Assembly: GCA_029560805.1 (NCBI GenBank)
Contig: JAKQKE010000019.1
Span: 2,684-66,683 of the forward strand
Origin: Spirochaetota bacterium
GTDB taxonomy: Bacteria > Spirochaetota > Spirochaetia > Treponematales > UBA12059
Length of the DNA stretch: 64,000 bases
Reading direction: 5' to 3'
Below, one piece after another: positions 1 through 7,685 of this stretch. The notes under the pieces were generated by a model, which saw only the letters and a program-made list of their open reading frames with translations, was not told the origin of the DNA and searched no databases. Each line of letters begins with the position of its first letter. Position 1 is the stretch's first letter. The translations under genes were made by a program, and so were the position numbers.

Positions 1-1
1 C

Positions 2-124
2 CAGCCGGGGCCGCTGCGCCAGCGGCTGATCGGACGGTCGGACGCCAGGGTGGAGGCTCTGCCCGACGCGCTCGAACGGGCCCTGCTACCGGCGAGCGCC
101 AAGCGCGCCGGGGGCGCGCTATGA
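2..124 (+). CDS. 3' end of an upstream gene truncated by the window edge (product unknown)
   Basis: Frame 2 is open from the window edge (...RVEALPDALERALLPASAKRAGGAL*). Its TGA (122-124) overlaps the ATG at 121 (ATGA junction), which suggests translational coupling to the next gene. Confidence 0.4.
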   Translation, partial: QPGPLRQRLIGRSDARVEALPDALERALLPASAKRAGGAL

Positions 125-2592
125 GCCGCACCGTCCTCAAGCCCTTCCAGGGCGCCGCCGTCGACAACGCCGCGGCCGTGCTGGGCGGCTGCCTGCGCAT
201 GCTCGACGCCCTGCGCGGCTCGGCCGACTACGAAGGTCGGCGGGGCGCGGTCATACGCGATTCCGGTTCCATACTGATAGAGGCGCCCACGGGCATAGGT
301 AAGACGCTGATGGCCGCGCACGCCGTCTCCAGGCTGGCCGCCGACAGGCCCATGCTGTGGCTGTGGTTCGCGCCGTTCTCGTCGGTCGTATCGCAGACCG
401 AGTCGGTCCTCGCCGACGAGACGGAGAACCTCCGGCCCCGCGACCCGCACACGGACCGGGCCGTGGAGGAACTGCGGCCCGGCGACGTCTTCATATCCAC
501 CTGGGCCTCCGTCGCCGTCACCGACGCCGAGATACGCAAGACGCGCTCCACCACCGAGAACATGCCGTCCCTGGACCTGCTCGTCGCGCACTCCAAGGCC
601 GCCGGCTGGTACGTCGGCGTCGTGATAGACGAGGCCCACCACTCCTTCCGCGGCCAGTCCAAGGCCTACGACTTCTTCCGCGAGGTGCTCGACCCGGACC
701 TGAGCCTGCTCGTCACCGCGACCCCGAGGGACGAGGACATAGAGAGCTTCAAGAGCGGCGTCCACCTCGGGAACCTGCGGCGCATACGCGTCAGGCGGCA
801 GGAGGGCGTCGACGCGGGACTCCTCAAAGTGGGGGTCAAGACCGCGGTCTTCAAGGCGCCCGACAGCGTCGCGGAGCTGCTGGACTTCAAGCTGACGGCC
901 CTGCAGCAGGGCGTCGCGGTGCATAGGCGGCTCAAGGCCAGGCTCGCCGACTCGGGCGTAGCCATGACGCCCCTCCTCATGGTGCAGGTCGACTCCGCCG
1001 ACGACGCCGTGCGCGAGGCCGAGGCCTGGCTCAAGGACCTGGGCTTTGCGAAGAACCAGGTCATGGTGCATACGGCCAAGGAGCCCGACCCCTTCCTCAA
1101 CTCGGTGCAGGGCGACGACGAGGTCGAGGTCCTGGTCTTCAAAATGGCGGTCGCCCTCGGCTTCGACGCGCCGCGCGCCTTTACGCTGGTCAGCTTCCGT
1201 TCCAGCCGCGACCCGGACTTCGGCCTCCAGATCGTCGGCCGCCTCATGCGCGTCGACCGCCGGCTCCAACGTATCCTGCCCGTGGCGCCAGAGCTGATGC
1301 ACGGCTACGTCTTCCTCTCCGACAAGTCGTCCCAGGAGGGCATCGTCACGGCGGGAGACCGCATCAACGCCATCAGGAACGAACTGGCCTCGCTCGAGAC
1401 GTCGGTGGACGTCATAGCCCTCGGAACGGACGACGCCGCGCTGGTGAGCGTGCGGAATGGCCAGCCTGAGCTACCCGGCGTAAGCTATGGGAGCGATCAC
1501 GCCGGCTTCCCGGCTGGCGAGCCTCGTCAGCCGGCCTACGCCGAACGATCGCTGTTCGCCGAATGGGGCTTGACTCCGGGCGGGACCGGCTCCGGTTCCA
1601 TCGCTAAGGTACCCGCGGCCGTATCTCGGCCCGTCCAAGCTTCATCCGGTTTCAGCTGGGCCCTCAAGCAGTCCGCGCCGCGCGCCTTTACCCGCGCCGA
1701 GGTGGATGTGCTGTCTTTCGACGCACTGACGGACATCTATAACCGGTTCAGGTGGGACGCCGATACGCTGTTGCTCGCCAAGATCGATAGCGGCAAGGTG
1801 CTGATGGAGCGTTACGAGGTCTTTAGCCACCTGCGGGAGGCTCCCGAGGAGATACGGGCGAGGCTGTTCAAGGACGAGCTGTCGCGACGTTCGCAACTAT
1901 GCCTGAGAAACGCGGACCGGGACGGCTTCCTGGATCAGCGAGCCCTCTACGCCGGCTTGATGGATCGGCTCGCGGCCGAGGCGTCCGACAAGGGTATATC
2001 CGGGTTGGAGAGCCGCGAAGAACTTGAAGACGGGTTGGCGCATATACTCGCGCTCAGGCCGGACCTCCTGACCAAGGCTGTCAGCGAATCCTTCGCCGCG
2101 CATACGGTTTCAGTCCAGGCTGACGACCTTCCGTCCGCTATCGTATCCTCCGAGCCGCTCATCGGTTCCCGGCTCAATATCTATGGCGTGTACCCTTCGG
2201 ACCTGAATAACTGGGAGCGGCCATTCGCCGAGCGCCTGGACAACGACCTGTCGGGCGCCGTGCTCTGGTGGCACCGGAATCCTGTGCACAAGAGGCATTC
2301 AGTGTCTTTGCCGGTGGCCGGCCACGGTTTCTACTTCCCCGATTTCATCGTCGGCGTCAAGGGCCGCTCCACGCCGGGCGGCGTCATCCTCGTGGAGATC
2401 AAGTACCAGATAAACGACCCGATAGGCAACGCCGCGGCCAAGAGCCGCGCCTGTCACCCGGACTACGGTTCTGTCTTGATGCTCTACCTCGACGATAAGA
2501 GCGGCCAGTGGATGACCGTCGTCTACGACGAGCGTAAAGGCCAGAACGTCCTCGACCGCGTGTTCCGCGAGGACCAGCTCGTCACGTTCTAG
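121..2592 (+). CDS. SF2 (DEAH-type) helicase with C-terminal PD-(D/E)xK-like nuclease domain; type III Res-like / defence-type helicase-nuclease
   Basis: 823-aa ORF. Motifs read directly: Walker A APTGIGKT, motif II VIDEAHH, motif III TATP, motif VI QIVGRLMRV. The C-terminal pattern WWHRNP...FYFPDFIV...ILVEIKYQ fits a restriction-endonuclease-like D...ExK core. Confidence 0.7.
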   Translation: MSRTVLKPFQGAAVDNAAAVLGGCLRMLDALRGSADYEGRRGAVIRDSGSILIEAPTGIGKTLMAAHAVSRLAADRPMLWLWFAPFSSVVSQTESVLADETENLRPRDPHTDRAVEELRPGDVFISTWASVAVTDAEIRKTRSTTENMPSLDLLVAHSKAAGWYVGVVIDEAHHSFRGQSKAYDFFREVLDPDLSLLVTATPRDEDIESFKSGVHLGNLRRIRVRRQEGVDAGLLKVGVKTAVFKAPDSVAELLDFKLTALQQGVAVHRRLKARLADSGVAMTPLLMVQVDSADDAVREAEAWLKDLGFAKNQVMVHTAKEPDPFLNSVQGDDEVEVLVFKMAVALGFDAPRAFTLVSFRSSRDPDFGLQIVGRLMRVDRRLQRILPVAPELMHGYVFLSDKSSQEGIVTAGDRINAIRNELASLETSVDVIALGTDDAALVSVRNGQPELPGVSYGSDHAGFPAGEPRQPAYAERSLFAEWGLTPGGTGSGSIAKVPAAVSRPVQASSGFSWALKQSAPRAFTRAEVDVLSFDALTDIYNRFRWDADTLLLAKIDSGKVLMERYEVFSHLREAPEEIRARLFKDELSRRSQLCLRNADRDGFLDQRALYAGLMDRLAAEASDKGISGLESREELEDGLAHILALRPDLLTKAVSESFAAHTVSVQADDLPSAIVSSEPLIGSRLNIYGVYPSDLNNWERPFAERLDNDLSGAVLWWHRNPVHKRHSVSLPVAGHGFYFPDFIVGVKGRSTPGGVILVEIKYQINDPIGNAAAKSRACHPDYGSVLMLYLDDKSGQWMTVVYDERKGQNVLDRVFREDQLVTF

Positions 2593-2838
2593 GCCAGGAC
2601 CAACGTTATCTTCCAGTCGAGTCTCCGCATAACACGACGGTGTCAGTATTTTATCGGATCATGAACGAGCATCATCCGGAAGCGCTTGAGTATCTCTAGG
2701 ATGCGACTGAATAGTACGCAGGCCAACGCCGGCCCGTTTACGAGTACCGTTAGCTGATACTCTACCTACTAACATCAACGACGCGCCGCCCCGAGAACCT
2801 TGTTCGTACAAAGGCCTCGCATACACGCGGAGGCGAGT

Positions 2839-2980
2839 GTCCAGGAGACGGCGCCCCTCGCGTAGCGAGGGGATCGCCTCCTGGACAGGCCCTGCCGAGA
2901 TGATCGCGACCGCCGACTCATCGCGGCCATCGCCGGCCGTCGCTTAACCTGACTCGCTTCCGCTCGCAGGTTAACGGCGG
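2839..2980. other. Cluster of three GC-rich stem-loops in the convergent spacer between the helicase gene and csrA
   Basis: Nested inverted repeat 2839-2886 (GTCCAGGAG..CCCCTCGC gta GCGAGGGG..CTCCTGGAC), a weaker stem around 2899-2933, and the stem CCGTCGCTTAACCTG/CAGGTTAACGGCGG at 2937-2980. No U-tract follows any of them. Confidence 0.5.
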
Positions 2981-3052
2981 CGAGGCCCGTATTCATTCTC
3001 GAACCCGGCCCGGGGCGGCGCGTCGTGTGATACTCGCGGCGCGTCGGGTTGC

Positions 3053-3271
3053 TTACTGGGGAAGCTCCAGGGCCGGCAGCTCGGCGGCGGAGCCGGCGGC
3101 CAGGCGGTTCTCGTCCTGGATGGCGTCGTAGACTTCCTGCCTGAAGACTTTGACGCTCCTCGGGGCCTCGATGCCGAGCTTCACCTGGTCGCCCCGGATC
3201 TCGACGATCGACACGACCACGCCGTCTCCGATCACGACTTTCTCGTTGAGCTTGCGCGACAGTATGAGCAT
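3053..3271 (-). CDS. csrA: Carbon storage regulator CsrA
   Basis: 72 aa, [48 protein letters not shown], a near-consensus CsrA sequence. It lies directly downstream of fliW, as in the FliW-CsrA partner-switch loci. Confidence 0.95.
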   Translation of the reverse strand: MLILSRKLNEKVVIGDGVVVSIVEIRGDQVKLGIEAPRSVKVFRQEVYDAIQDENRLAAGSAAELPALELPQ

Positions 3272-3275
3272 CGCG

Positions 3276-3716
3276 CTACTTCCTCGAGGCGGCCATCTCC
3301 GCCATCACGTCGTGTTTGGTGCGCCAGCGGGGGTCGGCGAGCACCACCTGGGCGCCGCGCCGGCTCTTGCGCCCGATGACGAGGGGGCCCATCAGGTTGG
3401 CGGTGACGGGGCCGCCGTCCGGCGGCACCGTGACGAGGGACAGCACGAGCGCGTCGTCGGGGCCGGTCACGCCGAGCGCCGACATCGCCTCGTCCGCCGC
3501 GTCGACCGAGTAATCGGGCCTGAACAGGAACGGGTCGAGCAGGATGAAGCACAGCTCGGCCAGCTCGGTCGACTGCAGGAAGAAGTACGGCTTCTGGGGC
3601 GCGTCGAGCAGCGCGTACTTGGTGAATTTCTTGAAGCCGATGAGGCCGTCGGGGATGTCTATCACCTGTCGCTCGTCGACGTCCAGCTCGCCGAGGATCT
3701 TGGTTTGTATCTTCAT
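3276..3716 (-). CDS. fliW: Flagellar assembly factor FliW
   Basis: [38 protein letters not shown]...FFLQS matches the FliW N-terminus. I set the start at the ATG at 3716 rather than the ORF-track start at 3755, which would overlap flgL. Confidence 0.9.
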   Translation of the reverse strand: MKIQTKILGELDVDERQVIDIPDGLIGFKKFTKYALLDAPQKPYFFLQSTELAELCFILLDPFLFRPDYSVDAADEAMSALGVTGPDDALVLSLVTVPPDGGPVTANLMGPLVIGRKSRRGAQVVLADPRWRTKHDVMAEMAASRK

Positions 3717-3738
3717 GATGCCGCCAAATCTGCCGGAT

Positions 3739-4980
3739 TCATCGCAGGAAGTCAAGGAGCGACTTGGGCAGCACGCGGCCGGCCATCTGGAGCGTCGCGT
3801 TGCGGGCGTATTCCATCATCTTGAAGTCGGTGATGGCCTGGGTCATGTCGAGGTCCTTCTCCGCGGCCAGGAGCTTGGTCACGTCGGGTATCTCGCGGTT
3901 CAGCCGCAGGGCCGCCATGTCCAGGCGCTCCGACAGCGAGCCGGCCTCGGCCAGGCGCCTGCCGAGGTTCTCCATGCCGGCGTCGAGGCTGGCGAGCACG
4001 CGCCCGCCGACGTCGATGAAGTCGCCCTTGTTGAGCGCGTCGCGCAGGGCTATCACCGAGTCGAACAGCGAGCCGCCCGAGACGCGGGCGGTCGGCGCGT
4101 AGTCCGACGGCACGCGCGAGCCCGACAGCACGCCGAGGTCGGCGAGCACGCTCGAGCCGGCCCCGTCCTCGAGCCGGACGCGGTGGGCGTCGGTCGCCTC
4201 GAGCACGAGCGCGTTCTTGGCCGGGTCGAGGGACGCCTTGACGGCCGCCCCGGAGCCGTTGATCTTGGCGATGATCGCCTGGACGGTGTCGCCGGGGCGG
4301 AGGGCCACCTCGTGGCCGTCCACGAACAGGCTGGCGCTGTCCATCACCCGGTAAGCCGAGGCGTCCGCCGCCGACGCGATGCGCTGGCGCTCGGACCAGA
4401 AGACCGAGTCGCCGGCCAGGTTCAACGGCAGGTAGGAGCCCTCGGCTATCTCCGCCTTCGGGGTGCCGAGGCCGCCGAGGTAGTCGACGCCGACCGTGGT
4501 CGCGGCTCCAGCGCCTTCCGCGTAGCCCTGGAGCGCCCTGAACGGCTCGGTCTTGGCCTTGTCGCCGGCGAACAGGAAGTCGCCGTCGGGGCCGCGCGCG
4601 TTGCCCAGGCTGACGAGCTCGGCCAGGAGCTGGTCGACCTCGACCGCCATCGCCTGGCTGTCCTCCTTGGTGAAGGTACCGGTCGCGCCGGTGATGGCCA
4701 GCTCGCGGACGCGCTGCATGATGTCCATGCCCTGGCGCATGTAGCCCTCGGCGATGTCGGCGCGGTCCTTGGCGTACAGGACGTTCTCCTCGTAGCGCGA
4801 GAGCCGCCCGACGAACGACTCGTAGCGCACGGCGCGGGCGGCGGCCATGGGGTCGTCGCGCGGGCTCTCGAGCCGTTCCTGGCGGGACAGCTTGGACTGC
4901 ATGGACGCCATGCGGTCCTCGTTGCGCCTGAGCCAGTACTGCATGTCGGTATTCATGAATTCCGAGCTTACCCTACGCAT
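3739..4980 (-). CDS. flgL: Flagellar hook-associated protein 3 FlgL
   Basis: 413 aa with a flagellin-type N-terminus (MRRVSSEFM...LSRQERLESPRDDPMAAARAV) and C-terminal helices. It sits between flgK and fliW. SD AGGGGG lies 6 nt before the ATG. Confidence 0.9.
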   Translation of the reverse strand: MRRVSSEFMNTDMQYWLRRNEDRMASMQSKLSRQERLESPRDDPMAAARAVRYESFVGRLSRYEENVLYAKDRADIAEGYMRQGMDIMQRVRELAITGATGTFTKEDSQAMAVEVDQLLAELVSLGNARGPDGDFLFAGDKAKTEPFRALQGYAEGAGAATTVGVDYLGGLGTPKAEIAEGSYLPLNLAGDSVFWSERQRIASAADASAYRVMDSASLFVDGHEVALRPGDTVQAIIAKINGSGAAVKASLDPAKNALVLEATDAHRVRLEDGAGSSVLADLGVLSGSRVPSDYAPTARVSGGSLFDSVIALRDALNKGDFIDVGGRVLASLDAGMENLGRRLAEAGSLSERLDMAALRLNREIPDVTKLLAAEKDLDMTQAITDFKMMEYARNATLQMAGRVLPKSLLDFLR

Positions 4981-5017
4981 CTGAACCCCCTGGGACTGCG
5001 ATAGATAGGTATTTGAA

Positions 5018-5146
5018 CCACGGAGACACGGAGGCGCGGAGGAAGAACATAAGGGGGATGAAGATGAATAGAAGCATGAAAACTGGAACCCTTGATTCCA
5101 CTCCTAGTCATCTCTCCCTCCTCTCCGTGTCTCCGTGCCTCCGTGG
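5018..5146. repeat. Octamer-armed inverted-repeat element, copy A (REP/MITE-like), in the flgK-flgL spacer
   Basis: Left arm is CCACGGAG ACACGGAG GCGCGGAG. The reverse complement of the right arm is CCACGGAG GCACGGAG ACACGGAG. The interior is lower-GC, purine-rich then pyrimidine-rich, and contains TCATCTCTC. A second copy lies at 45001-45118. Confidence 0.7.
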
Positions 5147-5169
5147 CCAAGACTTTTAGTACGCAAACG

Positions 5170-7044
5170 CTAGCCGCGCAGGCGGTTGATGATGGTGTCG
5201 AGCATCGAGTCCATCGTCGACACGAACTTGGCCGCCGCGGAGTAGCCGTGCTGGAACTTGATCATATTGGACAGTTCCTCGTCCATGTTGACGCCGGAGA
5301 TGGAGTCGCGCGTATCGGTCAGGTTCTTGACGACGCGGGACTGCGTGTCGGCCATGCGGCCCGCGCGCTCGCCCTTGAGCCCGACCGAGGCTACGGCGTC
5401 GGCGAAGTAGTCGTCGAAGGTCTTCTGCGAGCCGACCATGACCGGCGCGACGCGCAGCCTGGCTATCGCGATGGCGGCGCTCCCGTCGCCGGCTTCGGCG
5501 GGCCGGCCGTTGGAGCCGAAGCCGGCCGCGACGCTCGTCAGGTCGCGGGTAACGGCGCTCGACACCTCGATCCAGCCGGACGGGTGGGCGAGCGGGGCCA
5601 CCGCGTAGTCGACGCCGCCGCGCAGGCCGGTCACCGCGTCGGCGCGGTCCCAGGAATAGGCGGCGTCGGGTCCCGAGGCCGCGAGCAGGCCGGCGTAGCC
5701 GACGAGGAACTCGCCGGAGTCCTCGACGTGCCGGATGACGAAGTCGGGGCTCTCGCCATCGGAGGCGGTCTTGGCGCGCAGCTGCAGGGCACCGGTCGAG
5801 GTCAGCCGGGCCGTCACGTCGGCGCCCGAGTCGTTGATGCGGCGGACCAGGTCGCCGACGGTGTCGGTCGGTCGGTACTCCACGTCGACGAGGCCCCGGG
5901 GGCCGGACAGGCGCATCGTGCCGGCCAGGCCGAGCTGCTCCTGCGCGTCAAGGGCGTTCCCGCCTGACAGGCGGTACACGTAGCTGTGGTCGTAGGCGCC
6001 GTCGCCGTCGCGGTCGTAGTTGCCCGCTATGTTGTTGACGCTCGGCAGCTCGGTGAAGAAGTCCACGCCGGTCTTGCCGTTGAGCCCGTAGGCGGAGCGG
6101 TGCACCTCGTTGACGAGGTCGGTGAAGGTCAGCGTCATCGTGTCGAGCGAGGCTATTTCTTCCTTAAGATCGACGTCGCGCATCTCGAGCATGGCGCCGA
6201 GCGAGCCGCCGGGTATGACGGCCTCGTCGCCGGTGTCGGCCCAGAGCACGCGCGGGTAGCCGCCCGACTCCGCGCCGGTCGACAGCTCGAAGCCGCGCGC
6301 GATCTTGCCCTGCACCAGGATATGGCCGTCGACGTGTACCATGAACTCGTCCGGGTCGCGGCGATCCACCGAGACCGGTACGATGGTCGCCAGCTTCTCG
6401 ACGAGCACGTCGCGGCGGTCGTAGAGGTCGTTCGGGTTGTCGCCCATCGCCTCGCTCTTGATGATCTCGGCGTTGAGCGCGGCTATCTGCCTGGACAGGT
6501 CGTTGGCCTGGGCGGCGCTGATCTCGATGTCGTCCTGGACCATGTCGCGGGTGGCGGACAGGCGCTGGTACTGGCCATGGATCGAGTCGATGAGGGTCTT
6601 GCCGCGCTGGACGACGGCCTCGCGCGGGGCGAGCTCCGAGGGGTGGAGCGACAGCTCCTGCCAGGCGTCCCAGAACCTGTCCATCTGGGTGCGCGTCGAC
6701 ACCTCGGTCGGCTCGTTGTGGATCTGCTCGAGCAGGCGCATATACTTGTCGCGGGTGTCCCAGTAGCCGAGCCCGCCGGTCTGGGCGACGATGCGCCGAT
6801 CCAGGAGCTCGTCCCGCATGCGCTCGACGCGCACCGCGACCACGCCCTGGCCGACCTGGCCCGGAGTCTCCTCGCGGTTCAGGTGGGGCGCGTACAGCGG
6901 CTCCATCGTGCCGAGCTCGACCCGCTGGCGCGAATAGCCCTCGGTCGCGGCGTTCGTCAGGTTATGGCCTATGGTCTGGAGCCCCTGGTTATGCGCGACG
7001 AGGCCGCGCTTGCCTAGTTCAATGCCAGCGAAAGTCGATTGCAC
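5170..7044 (-). CDS. flgK: Flagellar hook-associated protein 1 FlgK
   Basis: 624 aa; the N-terminus MQSTFAGIELGKRGLVAHNQGLQTIGHNLTNAATEGYSRQRV is the canonical FlgK rod/hook motif. GTG start with SD GGAGG 5 nt upstream. Confidence 0.95.
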   Translation of the reverse strand: MQSTFAGIELGKRGLVAHNQGLQTIGHNLTNAATEGYSRQRVELGTMEPLYAPHLNREETPGQVGQGVVAVRVERMRDELLDRRIVAQTGGLGYWDTRDKYMRLLEQIHNEPTEVSTRTQMDRFWDAWQELSLHPSELAPREAVVQRGKTLIDSIHGQYQRLSATRDMVQDDIEISAAQANDLSRQIAALNAEIIKSEAMGDNPNDLYDRRDVLVEKLATIVPVSVDRRDPDEFMVHVDGHILVQGKIARGFELSTGAESGGYPRVLWADTGDEAVIPGGSLGAMLEMRDVDLKEEIASLDTMTLTFTDLVNEVHRSAYGLNGKTGVDFFTELPSVNNIAGNYDRDGDGAYDHSYVYRLSGGNALDAQEQLGLAGTMRLSGPRGLVDVEYRPTDTVGDLVRRINDSGADVTARLTSTGALQLRAKTASDGESPDFVIRHVEDSGEFLVGYAGLLAASGPDAAYSWDRADAVTGLRGGVDYAVAPLAHPSGWIEVSSAVTRDLTSVAAGFGSNGRPAEAGDGSAAIAIARLRVAPVMVGSQKTFDDYFADAVASVGLKGERAGRMADTQSRVVKNLTDTRDSISGVNMDEELSNMIKFQHGYSAAAKFVSTMDSMLDTIINRLRG

Positions 7045-7058
7045 GATAGCCTCCTAAA

Positions 7059-7556
7059 TCAGAGAGCCGTGTCCAGGATCATGGCGCCCGAGCCGGCGTG
7101 CCTCGGCAGGCCGGTCCGGCCGTAGATGCGGCCCTTCCGCTCCGGGAAGGCCGCTTCCATCGCCTCGCGCAATGTCGAGGCGGCGCTGCCGACGAAGCCC
7201 GACAGCGCGTCGTTCTCTATCCTGGCGCGCATGGCCGACAGCCTCAGGGAGCGGTAGGACTCGTTCAGCGTCGAGCGGAATTCGAGCGGCAGCAGGAGCG
7301 AGGCCCTGAACACGCTCGAGTCGGCCGGCAGGCCCAGTCCGAAGACGAGGCTCTCCCAGGCCGCGACGCGGAGGGCTTCCGCGGACGATACGCGACCGGC
7401 CGAGGCGCCGGCCCGTTCGAGGGCTCTCTCGAGCGCCGGCCAGTCCCTGGCCCTGACCGCGCCGGCCACGGCCCGCTGGTCCTCGACGAACGCGTCGAGG
7501 GCCTCTATCTGCTCCCCGACTCTGGCTATGAATGTCATCAACGCTTCGATGTTCAT
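7059..7556 (-). CDS. Hypothetical helical protein in the FlgN-chaperone position upstream of flgK
   Basis: 165-aa Ala/Leu/Glu-rich ORF, 14 nt upstream of flgK on the same strand. The call rests on position only; no diagnostic motif was recognised. Confidence 0.35.
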   Translation of the reverse strand: MNIEALMTFIARVGEQIEALDAFVEDQRAVAGAVRARDWPALERALERAGASAGRVSSAEALRVAAWESLVFGLGLPADSSVFRASLLLPLEFRSTLNESYRSLRLSAMRARIENDALSGFVGSAASTLREAMEAAFPERKGRIYGRTGLPRHAGSGAMILDTAL

Positions 7557-7685
7557 ATCTACCCTCGCTTCATTATCGGTACTGGAAACGAGGAGTTTAC
7601 GCCGATATAGTAGGTAGGCCCGCGTACGGGGGCGAATTTCTAATGGGGGACGGGGGCGCTAGCCGCTTCCGGGCTCGAGGGATCG

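Noticed and set aside
2775-2996. 73-aa minus-strand ORF in the helicase-csrA spacer.
   Set aside because: It is extremely Arg/Ser-rich (RRSRSSRQGLSRRRSPR) and is built from the GC-rich hairpin sequences. It has no SD. I treated the region as non-coding structure instead.
2800-3052. Tested the structured spacer against remembered signatures of tmRNA, RNase P RNA, SRP/4.5S RNA, 6S RNA and tRNA.
   Set aside because: There is no tag-peptide ORF or tRNA-like 3' end, no GGAAAGUCCGG/ACAGAACCCGGCUUA boxes, and no SRP helix-8 AGCA/GGAA arrangement (the GGAA loop at ~2956-2959 on the minus strand lacks the flanking conserved bases). No cloverleaf can be built.
4968-5150. 60-aa ORF (MATEARRHGEEGE...), together with the 139-aa ORF 44659-45078 and the plus-strand ORF 44583-45032, all of which run across the octamer-armed repeat elements.
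   Set aside because: They are translations of the repeat elements. The peptides from the two copies are unrelated, and the first two run out of frame into the starts of flgL and the 155-aa gene.
7585-7608. Sigma28-like promoter (GAAA...GCCGATAT) upstream of the P-loop/Asp23 gene, and a CCGATAAT box on the other strand at 7573-7580.
   Set aside because: The -35 element is a poor match and the spacing is ~3 nt short of the TAAA-N15-GCCGATAA consensus. The minus-strand box is too close to the flgN-like ATG to leave room for an RBS. It is mentioned only as a weak hint.
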